A program made the translations under genes and the position numbers. The notes below the pieces were generated by a model that searched no databases, was not told the origin of the DNA, and was given only the letters and a program-made list of their open reading frames with translations. A DNA stretch of 64,000 nucleotides from Thermoplasmata archaeon (GTDB taxonomy: Archaea > Thermoplasmatota > Thermoplasmata > GCA-020350865), in assembly GCA_020348445.1 (NCBI GenBank), contig CP070751.1, forward strand, positions 96,001-160,000. Direction: 5' to 3'. Of this stretch, positions 33,001-41,385 are shown in pieces. Position 1 is the first letter of the stretch; each line of letters opens with the position of its first letter.

Positions 33001-33823
33001 TTATCCCGCCATCGAGGGTGATTCCATAGGCATTTGGACTATCGATAACGTCATTGTAGGAGATATTGAGATAGGTACTGGCATAGAAATACATGCTGAA
33101 GTTCTGAATGTTTGATACCGTGTTGTCCATAAAATAGCAGTATGTGACATTATTCGTATACACCCCGATATTGTCGATTTTTTCTATTACATTGTTTTGA
33201 ACTGTTACATTATTGGTATCCCTAACAATTATACCTCGATAGCAATCTGCAATATGATTTCCCTCGATCAATGAATACTCAGAAGCGATCATAAGACCCA
33301 AATCCCGCCAATAAGTGCCTGCGGAATATCCGCAGTAATGCAACTCGCTGTTTCTCATCTCGAATGTTGAGCTTGCACCGTAAACACCGAAGCTATACCT
33401 TAAATTAGGATCCCAACTCGTAATGTTCGAGGCGTCATCTTTGGTTAACGGATCAAGGTCAGTATCCCGTATAATGAAAGTTCCGCCATTTTGAACCACG
33501 ATTGCGAACTCACCATCGGAAGATACATTGATTTTTAATGTCACATTTATCAATGTTAAAGAGCCTGTGCCATCAACAGTCAAGTCTCCGTTAACGATAA
33601 TAGTCTTGTCCTGATGAACGATAGTGTCGCCATCAACTATATCCCAAGAACCGTTGGTGTTCCATATATTATCCCCAGCTATGGGATCCATTCCAGTTCC
33701 GCCATCCCAAGGCTCATTTGTCTCGGCCTCGGAAGGTGAGGGTATATTTACTATCCCAGCAAACAAGGCTGATATCAGTAGCAAACAAAGTATAGGGTTT
33801 GTGATTGTCCTTTTCATATCCAA
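27032..33823 (-). CDS. Giant surface protein (2263 aa): signal peptide, parallel beta-helix (NosD/PbH1-like), 13 PKD domains, FN3-like domain, thrombospondin type-3 Ca-binding repeats, TM, Pro/Lys/Glu-rich cytoplasmic tail
   Basis: ORF track. Asn-rich IxxNxI beta-helix repeats; 13 PxAxAGxD...FDxSxSxD...Y..PGxYxVTLxVTD units; DSDGDG/DTDSDG repeats; LWLFLALIGIIVAVILGALF TM. Confidence 0.9.
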   Translation of the reverse strand: MDMKRTITNPILCLLLISALFAGIVNIPSPSEAETNEPWDGGTGMDPIAGDNIWNTNGSWDIVDGDTIVHQDKTIIVNGDLTVDGTGSLTLINVTLKINVSSDGEFAIVVQNGGTFIIRDTDLDPLTKDDASNITSWDPNLRYSFGVYGASSTFEMRNSELHYCGYSAGTYWRDLGLMIASEYSLIEGNHIADCYRGIIVRDTNNVTVQNNVIEKIDNIGVYTNNVTYCYFMDNTVSNIQNFSMYFYASTYLNISYNDVIDSPNAYGITLDGGIMHDVFNNTIDNHNLGVFINGDISDVNVLLCDIHENEILNNENGIWLQGRNGPSAVRYIFIYDNEIYSNNVDGIRLFGVDTIFGATAVHNIYVYDNVVYDNGGGSSDGHGIHFAVGSWWALGLIYCYDNEVRDNHNSANTGSGYYLEVVSQILIDGGLIARNDRNIWVEATDNVYITNCTLEKSSNPGDVDVRVEDNYGNPPSVFFLNTTFDNSTTSAVVEDADSFLDVKNYLHVRIMQMGGGVDNADVWIDDWYGNPDPPVPQPLSTGVGNNGWIRWLEVKEFNRTAGGTTYYTPHHIDAENGTAFGSGDATMNMSREVIIYLSGPPTADEIDSTALDIYRGQVVNITANGSDPEDSEEDLIPYFQYKEPGTSVWNTTYLGTQTYIGTAPSGFWQVNFTPDASAPEGPYEFRVRFEDTNGGFSNWLSAVLVSVQNNLPIADAGPDDTASAGTPYNFNGSGSWDFEGITIYEWDIDDSDGVNFSPPDLTGISPSYTYTIPGVYNVTLRITDTDTITDTDVVQITVKDNEPPHVDAGLDGSIMKNTLYMFDGSGSWDNVGIVWYNWSFGDGFYDNGTNITPTHIYTFSGLYTATLKCTDANGNWATDIVNITVTDSLPPIANAGLDDSTDEDLPIVFNGSLSWDDFGITDYLWDIDDSDGLDWGSPDKMGMEVNWTYDTPGDYVVTLRVIDADGGWGMDILNVTVFDVTSPMADAGPNDSVDEDTSYTFDGTLSYDNSGSIAFYNWDFGDGNYSNGTDPSPSHEYAQPDVYIVTLNVTDLSGNSGIDTVWITVIDITFPSADAGPDNVTDEGSPVVFDGSASSDNVGIFNYAWDMNASDGLDWATPDRTGPNPIYTYMTPNTYIVTLNVTDAEGNSDTDTLSITVLDVTPPTAHAGDDATVDEDTSHTFDGSGSDDNVGIATYAWDIDASDGVDWVTPDYLGVSPSHVYSEPGVYIATLKVTDVSDYWTTDTVTIRVLDVTDPLANAGPDDSVNNDTAYLFDGSLSSDNSGVIEFYNWTFGDGNFAYDAGPNPSHTYTTPSVYIVVLTVTDEAGNSGTDSLTITVIDARNPFADAGDDVTIDEDLPHQFDASKSSDDVGIVNYAWDIDKNDGVDWVSPDYSGPSLWNPMHTYNEPGIYVITLNVTDEEGNWNTDTVQITVLDVTSPTADAGSDDTVDEDTPYIFDGLSSFDNVDVVEYKWDINASDGLDWVTPDYTGSNPSHEYSEPGTYTVTLNVTDEQGNWNTAEIHITVLDVTEPTADAGSDTTIDEESPYTFDASGSSDNVDIASYAWDFDESDGIDWSNPDESGPSKWDPDHIYTEPGTYSVTLNVTDTSGNWNLDTVTITVLDITLPNADAGPDGIVNEESPYTFDASASSDNVDIFSYAWDMDINDGLNWDDPDHSGSSPLHTYSEPGVYLVTLNVTDTSGNWNHNTLTIEVLDITPPFADAGEDDTIDEDTPYTFDASASYDNVGIVTYLWDIDNSDGIDWNNPDYTGISPTHVFTEPGNYIVTLIVYDAQGNSNIDPVAIEVKLVDEERPALNVEFEDTMHEEVEYEFNASKSDDNVGIVSYHFTFGDGNQLFGSDDVVTHTYDDPGVYTMTVNITDSAGNWNTSSWFVTVLDTTPPLPTSGLTYTKIQTGGALNITWNPNIEEDFSHYELYFSDDGQVYDKIETFSHDVTYYYHSGLINGQNYSYFIVAVDDAGLSSSVSNIISAKPEIDSDGDGLFDSEDPDDDQDNVPDDIDEFPNNPTEWVDTDSDGLGDNIDDDDDDDGVIDSEDDFPYDPEETLDTDGDGIGDKTDEDDDNDGKSDANDDYPLDSSKWKETSDESYVLWLFLALIGIIVAVILGALFAKERSRNQKLLTRINDLDQARGQLQLALEAQSAMQATVPQEEPQVIAKEEAPPAAAKPVQPRAKPPKKKKAPAKKAPSKPPSPPPLQEAEPEAPSETFEIIEDETPPPAPPPIPPEELPPPEPKKEVKKRAPPPPPDEA
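28150..31700 (-). repeat. 13 tandem PKD domains
   Basis: Counted in the translation. Boundaries are approximate. Confidence 0.8.
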
Positions 33824-34028
33824 TCCCCTAAAGCAAATGAAATGGGGGGTATAAGAAACCTTTGATTATGGGATAACTTCTAGATAATCGAAAGTAAAGG
33901 GCAAATCCCCCAAATTGTCCGTTCTATCGTACAATGCGAAATTGCGGGTTTTGTTAAAACTTTAAATAGAAAGGAGTTGATTCTACGTTTACTTTAGCAA
34001 GCGGAAAAATCCCGCTGGGGGAGGACAT

Positions 34029-34553
34029 TTGAAAGATTATACCTCACTATGCAGAATTGATAAAGACCAAAATGGAGTGGAGGGGATACCACTAAAACTG
34101 ATCATAGTACTTGTTATTTTGGCCATCACGCTTCCCTTAATATGGAAGGGGCTGGAAAGTTATGACCGCTCACAAACCGAAAGCAATTTGATTTCTGAGA
34201 TCGAGTTCTTATCAATCAATATAAAACAGGTATATCTCAACGGAATGGGCAACGCCGTCGATGTAAATGTGGATTTCGCAAATGGTATGATGACGAAGAT
34301 CGATTGGGTAAAAATCGGCGACTCCATTCAAGGTATATGGTCCAGCATTCAATACAAGCTCAGTTATAAAAGCAGTGATTATGTCCTAATCAAAGACCCT
34401 AACATCCCCTTCGGGAACATAAGCAACAGCGTATTCGGACCTCTGAGGGTTGCATCAGGCAAGCATACCATCCATCTTGAATGTAAAGAGGGTATCGATT
34501 TCGATTCTGATGGCACCGAGGATATGTACGTCGAAGTTTCCAGGGTGGAGTGA
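34029..34553 (+). CDS. Type IV pilin-like protein (possible class III signal peptide)
   Basis: TTG start after a GGAGG RBS. NG|VEGIPLKLIIVLVILAITLP is a Gly followed by a hydrophobic helix, then a soluble domain. Confidence 0.5.
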   Translation: MKDYTSLCRIDKDQNGVEGIPLKLIIVLVILAITLPLIWKGLESYDRSQTESNLISEIEFLSINIKQVYLNGMGNAVDVNVDFANGMMTKIDWVKIGDSIQGIWSSIQYKLSYKSSDYVLIKDPNIPFGNISNSVFGPLRVASGKHTIHLECKEGIDFDSDGTEDMYVEVSRVE

Positions 34554-35047
34554 GATTGTTCGATTTCTTAACCTCGAAATTGGCAATGATGATTGCAGCG
34601 ATTATCATACTGGTTTCAGTTCTTGGAATTTATGCTTTCCAAAGAGAGCAGGCAAAGGATCTAGAGCTCAATAATATAGCAGATAGGATATCTGGGACCA
34701 TCGATAACTTCAACTCACTTTCTGGTGAGTCAAAGATCAATGTCACATTCGAAAGGGGAAAGGAAGGGACCTATGTCAAACCCACTGTAAATGGAGAAAG
34801 ATATGAAATAGTGATCACTCGAATTAAGGTCTTCGTAACATTGGAGGAAAGAAGAGCCGTAAGCAACCTCATTGCTCCCATACATCTTTGGGCTCCCCAG
34901 TCAAATATCTACAATCAATGGCAAATCGAGGAAAATGATGGTGATCACAAAATCCTGGAATTTATGTCTGGAGAGGATTTTAAAGTCGAAAGAAAATTAC
35001 TGGAGATAGACCAAGAAAATGAGTACAGGACCTTTGTTTATGTTTGA
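34550..35047 (+). CDS. Pilin-like/membrane-anchored protein, translationally coupled to the previous gene
   Basis: GTG start overlaps the upstream TGA (GTGA). Single N-terminal hydrophobic helix (LAMMIAAIIILVSVLGIYAF). Confidence 0.55.
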   Translation: MRLFDFLTSKLAMMIAAIIILVSVLGIYAFQREQAKDLELNNIADRISGTIDNFNSLSGESKINVTFERGKEGTYVKPTVNGERYEIVITRIKVFVTLEERRAVSNLIAPIHLWAPQSNIYNQWQIEENDGDHKILEFMSGEDFKVERKLLEIDQENEYRTFVYV

Positions 35048-35073
35048 ATTTTTTAATGATTGGCGTTTTTTAT

Positions 35074-36798
35074 TTACATCTCATCTGGTGCTTCAATCCC
35101 CAAGCAGAAAAGCGAATTCTTGAGCACAATCCTCCCCGCGTCCACCAATGCCAGTCTCATCTTCCTGAGGGCGTCATCCTCACATGCAAGAACAGGGCAG
35201 TCCCTGTAGAACTGGTTGAAAATGGTTGCGCAAGCGTATGCGTGTGCCGCCATGGTGTGCGGGCTTCTTCTTTCTGCACATTCTTTAACTGTCTCGGGAA
35301 ATGATGCCATCTCTTTTACAAGGGAAATCTCTGAAGGGTGCTCAGAAAGGGTGGGATCATAATTTTCATAACCCTCAATCCCTGCCTCTTTGGCCTTCCT
35401 TAAAATGCTGCTCGCCCTTGCATGGGAGTACTGTATAAAAGGAGCGCTTGCTCCCTCGAAGTTCAAAGCGTCCTCCCATTTAAATACTATCTTCTTTTCA
35501 GCCTGGACCCTCGCTATATTGAACCTTATGGCGCCGATTGCGACTTTCTCGGCAATTTCCCTGACTTTCTCCTCAGAAAGTTCCTCTCTGCGCTTTTTTA
35601 CCTCGGCTTTTGCTCTTTCTATTGCCTCATCAATAAGATCCTCGACAAAGACAACCTTGCCTTTTCTTGTGGACATCCTCCCTTCGGGAAGCGAGACAAA
35701 GGAATAGAATATTACCTCAGGCGCCTTCTCTAAACCCATGATCTTCAGCCCCACTGCCACATACTCGGACTCCAGTTTATGATCCTCGCCTAGGATATTG
35801 ATGGCATCATCGCAGTGCTCATACTTCCAAAGATGATAGGCTATGTCCCTTGTTGCATACAATGAAGTGCCATCGCTTCTTTGGAAAAAGAACTTTCCTT
35901 CTTCTTTTCTTTCTCGAAACGGCATTAAATCAATAAAATACGCGCCCTCCTCCTCATCGCAATGCTGACTTTCTTTTAGGCCTGCAATTACCTTGTCAAC
36001 ACTACCGTCAAGCACGAATTGCGATTCATAGACATACTTGTCCACAGCCACATTTATCCTGGAAAGTGAAAGAAAGATATCCTCATCCATGACCCTCGCA
36101 CATGCCGATCTTACCTTGTCAGTAATCTCAGGCTCACCTTTCTCCAGCTTCTTTAGCCAATCGTCTCTTGTAGTCTCCATCTCCTTATTCTCGGAAACTG
36201 CCTTGCTTGCATACTGATACGGTCCCAGGGAATCGTCATCAGCAGGCCTTTTATCCCATATCTCTATTCCATAAGCCAGGGTAACTGCTTGCTTTCCCAT
36301 GTCGTCCACATAGTACTGGGTTTCCACCGTAAATCCAGCTTTTCTTAATATTCTAGCAAGGGAGTCACCAATAATTGGGTTCCTCGCCCTTCCAATGTGG
36401 AGTTTGTCAGTAGGATTGGCGCTTGTGTGCTCTAAAATTATTTTTCTATCAACTTGCGGCAAACACCCATAATCATCCCCCAACTCCAAAACACCTTTTA
36501 ACGTCATCTCAGCCAATTTTTTCGAATTGAAATGGAAGTTAACGTATGGACCCGAGCTTTCGCATTTCTCAATTATTTCCCCGAAAGATATTTTATCGGC
36601 AATTTCCTCTGCAATCTTCTGGGGGGTCTTCTTTGCAAGGGGGGCCAAAGAAAAGCATGAAAAGGCGATATCCCCGAGGTTCTCAGGGGGAGTATCCAAG
36701 GTGATTTTTACATCATCATAACCTAAACCCGCAAGTACCTTAGCAAGGGAGGTCATAACCTCTTCTTTGCATATCCCCAACGGGTTTAGGGTTCTCAT
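35074..36798 (-). CDS. argS: Arginyl-tRNA synthetase
   Basis: HIGH-type motif SANPTDKLHIGRARN, KMSKS-equivalent MSTRKG, Y.QY.HAR..SIL and a C-terminal M. The exact start is uncertain. Confidence 0.97.
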   Translation of the reverse strand: MRTLNPLGICKEEVMTSLAKVLAGLGYDDVKITLDTPPENLGDIAFSCFSLAPLAKKTPQKIAEEIADKISFGEIIEKCESSGPYVNFHFNSKKLAEMTLKGVLELGDDYGCLPQVDRKIILEHTSANPTDKLHIGRARNPIIGDSLARILRKAGFTVETQYYVDDMGKQAVTLAYGIEIWDKRPADDDSLGPYQYASKAVSENKEMETTRDDWLKKLEKGEPEITDKVRSACARVMDEDIFLSLSRINVAVDKYVYESQFVLDGSVDKVIAGLKESQHCDEEEGAYFIDLMPFRERKEEGKFFFQRSDGTSLYATRDIAYHLWKYEHCDDAINILGEDHKLESEYVAVGLKIMGLEKAPEVIFYSFVSLPEGRMSTRKGKVVFVEDLIDEAIERAKAEVKKRREELSEEKVREIAEKVAIGAIRFNIARVQAEKKIVFKWEDALNFEGASAPFIQYSHARASSILRKAKEAGIEGYENYDPTLSEHPSEISLVKEMASFPETVKECAERRSPHTMAAHAYACATIFNQFYRDCPVLACEDDALRKMRLALVDAGRIVLKNSLFCLGIEAPDEM

Positions 36799-36844
36799 GT
36801 CCTCACATTCAAATTATTTACGACTTTCTTATTTAAAATTTACC

Positions 36845-38080
36845 TTAAGTCATCTCCACTCTATATCTGGTTACCCCTCCAAGACCGCCGAATGCCCTAA
36901 GGAACATCTCTCCTTCCTCGGAATCTGAGGAGATCAACTCAACGTTGGTGCCGTAGGTCTCTGCGACCTTGATCAGTTCTTCAATAATATCTGAATTCTC
37001 CATCACATTCAGGGAGGATTGACAATTTGGGCAGTCTTCTGATGTTACATGCTCCTCTGATGTGGTTTTTTCCTCCAGATAACCACATCTTTGACATGAT
37101 ACTTTTATTCTTCTTTTTCTCATGGCTTCAGAGACCAGCAAGGTATCTATTGCACCCAGTTTAAGGGCATTTAAAACCTCCTCCTCACCGTAAACAGCCA
37201 AACCTCCGTCAGGTTTTCTTATTTCGTCGATAAATCTTTTGAGCAGGTTCTTTTCTTTCATGAGTTCGATTCCTGACAATCTTTCCCTGGCCTTTTCTGT
37301 GAGCTCCTTTAGACCATACTCGTCGGTATAACCAGTGTCGAACGAGTCAACCACCTTCTTCTTAAGTTCATGATGTAGGTAATCCCGCTCCATGAAAAAC
37401 ACCTTGGTGGAGCCGGGGCCGCCTACCAATATTCCCTTCAAATCCTTTTCCTCTAAAAAGGAGTCGTTTGCCAGATCGCCAACCTTCTTGAAAAATTCAT
37501 GGGCCGCAATCTCTATCAATCTTTCAAACCTCCTTTGGGATTGTCCTCCCCTTCCATGCTTGCTTGGAACAAGGGATTGAACGTTCTTTACAGTGATTAT
37601 CCTCTTGCCCCTTAAAAAACCGATTGTGGCTTCGCTTCTGTCTATCACCAGAAGGCCGTAAACGTCCCTTTCTGCGAGCATATCCTCCAAGGGTTCGAGA
37701 TAAAACGATGAATCGCACCTGTAGAGGAATGTGTTTATCTTATCTGGAGGCTCTATGATATGACTTACCATATCAGTTTGATCCCCTGCTATGGCCGTGT
37801 GTCCCACGAAGAACACCATGCCGTTCTCAGGTGGGCGTTTGAAGGCCTTCAGCCTGTTCATTATAGATTCGATTGCAGCCATCACGTTCTTTCTCGTGCT
37901 TTTGGACTTTATATTTGAGGATTGGGAATACTCGTTGCGCAGGTATGAAACAACCTCATGAATCTGTCTGGTGGGCGGGATGTAAAGGGATATGAGCTCT
38001 GTAGCTCTTCCGGAATGCGAACTAAGCTCCTCGAGCTTTCGCCTGAATTCGTACCTTGCCAATGCTTCTTTTTCCACCAT
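36845..38080 (-). CDS. prf1: Peptide chain release factor aRF1
   Basis: NIKS (SSNIKSK), GGQ (HGRGGQSQRRF), YxCxxxF (YRCDSSF) and a C-terminal CxxC...CxxC insert. Start moved to MVEKE (38080). Confidence 0.97.
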   Translation of the reverse strand: MVEKEALARYEFRRKLEELSSHSGRATELISLYIPPTRQIHEVVSYLRNEYSQSSNIKSKSTRKNVMAAIESIMNRLKAFKRPPENGMVFFVGHTAIAGDQTDMVSHIIEPPDKINTFLYRCDSSFYLEPLEDMLAERDVYGLLVIDRSEATIGFLRGKRIITVKNVQSLVPSKHGRGGQSQRRFERLIEIAAHEFFKKVGDLANDSFLEEKDLKGILVGGPGSTKVFFMERDYLHHELKKKVVDSFDTGYTDEYGLKELTEKARERLSGIELMKEKNLLKRFIDEIRKPDGGLAVYGEEEVLNALKLGAIDTLLVSEAMRKRRIKVSCQRCGYLEEKTTSEEHVTSEDCPNCQSSLNVMENSDIIEELIKVAETYGTNVELISSDSEEGEMFLRAFGGLGGVTRYRVEMT

Positions 38081-38315
38081 GTTCTTTTCTCCAAATTTCA
38101 ATTTAGGCTTTCGCAAGGATATTATAATACAAAACCTATAACACCCTTAGCCCTTATGTATATTGTGGATTTAACGGCAATCATGAATGGGTTAATAAAG
38201 ATTTGCTATTGGAAAAAGTAGAGCCAAATTCAGAATCCCTTCCATAATTATTATGGGCGGGTGGAGGGAGGTTGGTGGTGGGCATCATATAAAAATAGGG
38301 TATTGAGGCGATCTC

Positions 38316-38996
38316 ATGGATTCGGTTGTCATATCGATAGGAGGTTCTGTGCTAGTTCCCAACGAAAACGATGCTGATTATTTGAAAACGCTTGCTGGCC
38401 TTCTTTCGCGGATCTCCTCAATTCATAAATTATATATTGTCACTGGTGGGGGAAGAATTGCACGGTATTACATCACGTCAGGCAGGGTATTGGGTGCTTC
38501 TGAGAAAAATTTAGATGAGTTTGGTATCGAGGTGACGAGATTGAATGCCAGGCTATTGAGTACAGCTCTGGGCGATCTTGCCAATCCGAAACCTGCTTTG
38601 AATATTGACGAGGCCACTGAACTAGGCAAAAACCATCAGATCGTGGTTATGGGGGGCACGGAACCCGGCCACACAACTGATGCCGTTTCCGCGATGCTGG
38701 CTGATAAGATTGGTGCAGCAAGGCTAGTGAATGCAACTTCTGTGGATGGAGTTTATGACTCAGATCCCAAGAAAAACAAGGACGCGAAGAGGTTCAAAAG
38801 GGTGTCCCATGAAGAGCTGGTTGCCCTGACTTCCGAAATTAAAGGCATGGCAGGACCTACTGTGATATTTGATCCAAAAGGCTCTGAGATCATCAAAAAC
38901 GCCAAAATTCCCCTCTATGTATGTCATGGAAGGGACTTAGGGGCATTAGAAAATGCTGTATTGGGTAAGGATTTCGACGGTACGATAGTGGATTGA
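38316..38996 (+). CDS. pyrH: UMP kinase
   Basis: VISIGGSV, GGGRIAR, GGTEPGHTTDAV and NATSVDGVYDSDP motifs. Confidence 0.95.
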   Translation: MDSVVISIGGSVLVPNENDADYLKTLAGLLSRISSIHKLYIVTGGGRIARYYITSGRVLGASEKNLDEFGIEVTRLNARLLSTALGDLANPKPALNIDEATELGKNHQIVVMGGTEPGHTTDAVSAMLADKIGAARLVNATSVDGVYDSDPKKNKDAKRFKRVSHEELVALTSEIKGMAGPTVIFDPKGSEIIKNAKIPLYVCHGRDLGALENAVLGKDFDGTIVD

Positions 38997-39100
38997 GGGT
39001 TAAATTTTCAGAAATATTTTTCTTTGGGGATCCAAAATAAACAGGTATTTATATCATTATTCTCATTTAACATCCAAAGTTGCAGAGAGGGGTAATATAT

Positions 39101-40048
39101 ATGGGAATCTGTCCCAGATGTAATATTGAGGTTATGGGTACTATTTGCCCAAGATGTGGGGGGAGTCTTGTTCAAGCAACTACTCAACCATACCCGCAAC
39201 AATTATATCAACAACCTTATCAACAGCCAGTCCCAAGACCTTTGCCTCCAAAAGGAAAAGCTGCCTTGGTGTTGGCAATTATCTCGGTGATTATGTTATT
39301 TATTACCGGGGCAATAGGATGGTGGTCCATGTCCTATGAATATGAACGGATTCACGAGTTTATGGAGGAGGAAGATGTAACTCAAAGTAAAGTTAAAGTA
39401 GATTTCACTTTGGAAGAGATGATTGCCGAAGTAGAAACAATATCAGATGGAGAAACTGATACTATTGATGGGGATGTTGATTTATCAAGTGACATGGAGG
39501 ACGTTGCTGACATTACCGGCCTTCTTTTGTTATTGGGAGCAGTGATGAGTATTCTTGTGATCATTTTAATTGGATTGATATTGGGTATAATTCAAACAAG
39601 AAGCAGAATGATGGCTATGTTTACCAAGTTATTTAAGAATCTAGCTTTATTATTTGCACTATTGGCAGTAATTTTTGTTCTGATAGCTCCTATTTACTAT
39701 ATGTTCACATGGCCAGAAGCAACCGAGGATCAAATGGGCACTTTATTTTTTGGTTCGGATGAGAAAATTTATGATGGCACCTTTATGGGCTCGGATAGTT
39801 TTGAGCATGAAGAAGATTGGGGAGCCACCTATAAGGGTGACATCAGTTGGGGTCCCAGTTTTGGGTGGTATCTATCATTTATTTGCGTTTTTCTATTAGT
39901 GATCACCTTTTTCCTCGTAAAACTCGCTGGTGATGAAGCCATGATCCTAGCCCCTGCTCCACTGCCCAGATATTGGCCCCAATATACTCCGCAACCACCA
40001 CAACCTAACCTGCCACCGCCGCCTCCAAATCCACCACCACCCCCATAA
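39101..40048 (+). CDS. Zinc-ribbon membrane protein 1: N-terminal CxxC-CxxC, Pro/Gln linker, 4 TM, Pro-rich tail
   Basis: MGICPRCNIEVMGTICPRCG and four hydrophobic segments. Start moved to the ATG after the GAGGGG RBS. Confidence 0.8.
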   Translation: MGICPRCNIEVMGTICPRCGGSLVQATTQPYPQQLYQQPYQQPVPRPLPPKGKAALVLAIISVIMLFITGAIGWWSMSYEYERIHEFMEEEDVTQSKVKVDFTLEEMIAEVETISDGETDTIDGDVDLSSDMEDVADITGLLLLLGAVMSILVIILIGLILGIIQTRSRMMAMFTKLFKNLALLFALLAVIFVLIAPIYYMFTWPEATEDQMGTLFFGSDEKIYDGTFMGSDSFEHEEDWGATYKGDISWGPSFGWYLSFICVFLLVITFFLVKLAGDEAMILAPAPLPRYWPQYTPQPPQPNLPPPPPNPPPPP

Positions 40049-40266
40049 TTTTAACAATATAATACGTACGGAAACATGTGAGCAAAAGACTATTTTGGAT
40101 GCCCAATTAACAAAATATGAAATCCATAATAAATAGGAAATTCTCGCCACAATAAGGGAATTTAAGGGCAAATCCTCAAAATATTTTTTAGATGCCGAAA
40201 TAAAAATCTATTTATACCTTTAGTAACATCTCCCCTCAATAAGTCGCTTGCAAGGAGGTAAAAGAT

Positions 40267-41184
40267 ATGGCAATTTGTCCTAACTGTAATGTTGAAGTAC
40301 AAGGTAATTTTTGTCCGCTCTGCGGTATGAGTGTCCCCCAGGGTCCACAACCGCCTGCACAAGCCCCTGGCCAACCGCCTGCTCAGGCGCCCATGCCGGC
40401 TCCTGCACCTGCACCGTATGGACCACCACCACCAACAGCACCAGCTGGGCCAATGCCGGTAAAAGCTGTGGCGGCCTTGGTTTTAGGCATCATAGTGGTG
40501 ATAATACTTCTTATTGCTGGAGCAATGCCATGGTTTTCTGCAAATATAAAGAATGGTGATGAGACCCAAGTTGATTTTACGTTTAAAGAGGCAATAGCTG
40601 ACACTGACGGTACCGAGGACGAGAAGGATCTGGATGACATGGAAGGTGATGTTGACGATGTTGCAGGAACCACAAGTCTCCTACTCTTAGTAGGTGTCAT
40701 GATGATCTTTATTGTTATCATATTGGTGGGCCTTATTGTCGGGATGTTTTACATGAGAATGCACAAGTTCCACAAGTTATTTGGTAATTTAGCCCTCCTA
40801 TTCTGTTTCCTGGCCCTGATATTCACCCTTATTGCTCCAATCTATTATATGGCTGCCTGGCCAGATGAAGTAGATAAAGCTGCTGAGGGAGAAGGATGGC
40901 CATTTAAAATCGATTCTTTTATAGGCTCGGATTCAACTGGTGGGTATAAAGCTGAATGGGGCCCCGGAGTGGGATGGATCTTGGCCATAGTCGGTTTTGT
41001 ATTGATACTGGTTACCCTTATTATTGTAAAACTTGGTAACGATGAGGTACAGAAATTGGCTCCATATGCACCACCTATACCCCAACAGCCGTACATGCCA
41101 CCACCACAGTATCCACAACAGCCCCCACAATATCCTCAGCAACCTCCACAATATCCCCAGCAACCCCCACAATATCCACAGTAA
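40267..41184 (+). CDS. Zinc-ribbon membrane protein 2, paralog of the previous gene (4 TM, PPQYPQQ tail)
   Basis: MAICPNCN...CPLCG; shares APIYYM..WP and WGP..GW.L motifs with 39101..40048. Confidence 0.85.
   Translation: MAICPNCNVEVQGNFCPLCGMSVPQGPQPPAQAPGQPPAQAPMPAPAPAPYGPPPPTAPAGPMPVKAVAALVLGIIVVIILLIAGAMPWFSANIKNGDETQVDFTFKEAIADTDGTEDEKDLDDMEGDVDDVAGTTSLLLLVGVMMIFIVIILVGLIVGMFYMRMHKFHKLFGNLALLFCFLALIFTLIAPIYYMAAWPDEVDKAAEGEGWPFKIDSFIGSDSTGGYKAEWGPGVGWILAIVGFVLILVTLIIVKLGNDEVQKLAPYAPPIPQQPYMPPPQYPQQPPQYPQQPPQYPQQPPQYPQ
41101..41181 (+). repeat. Four 21-bp coding tandem repeats (PPQYPQQ)
   Basis: Seen directly in the DNA and the translation. Confidence 0.9.
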
Positions 41185-41385
41185 CTCCGATAATAAAGAT
41201 GTGGCAAAATATGCAGTGGTCCGTCATTTGAGGACCATGTTGGATTCTACCAACTAATGACCAGAACGAAGTAAGCCAATAGATATCTGTTCAATATATT
41301 AAAGTATTTAAGATGGGATAATATAAGATAACAAAGTCTTATATTGAATCACATAATGAAGTCGATTAAAGGAAAGGTGAGAAAA

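Noticed and set aside
333-33854. Many short ORF-track entries on the plus strand or in alternative frames overlapping the large minus-strand genes
   Set aside because: They are antisense or out-of-frame shadows of long repeat-rich CDSs, without RBS or protein-like motifs.
35074-36798. HIGR instead of HIGH in ArgRS
   Set aside because: Variation in this motif is common among class I synthetases, and the rest of the enzyme looks intact.
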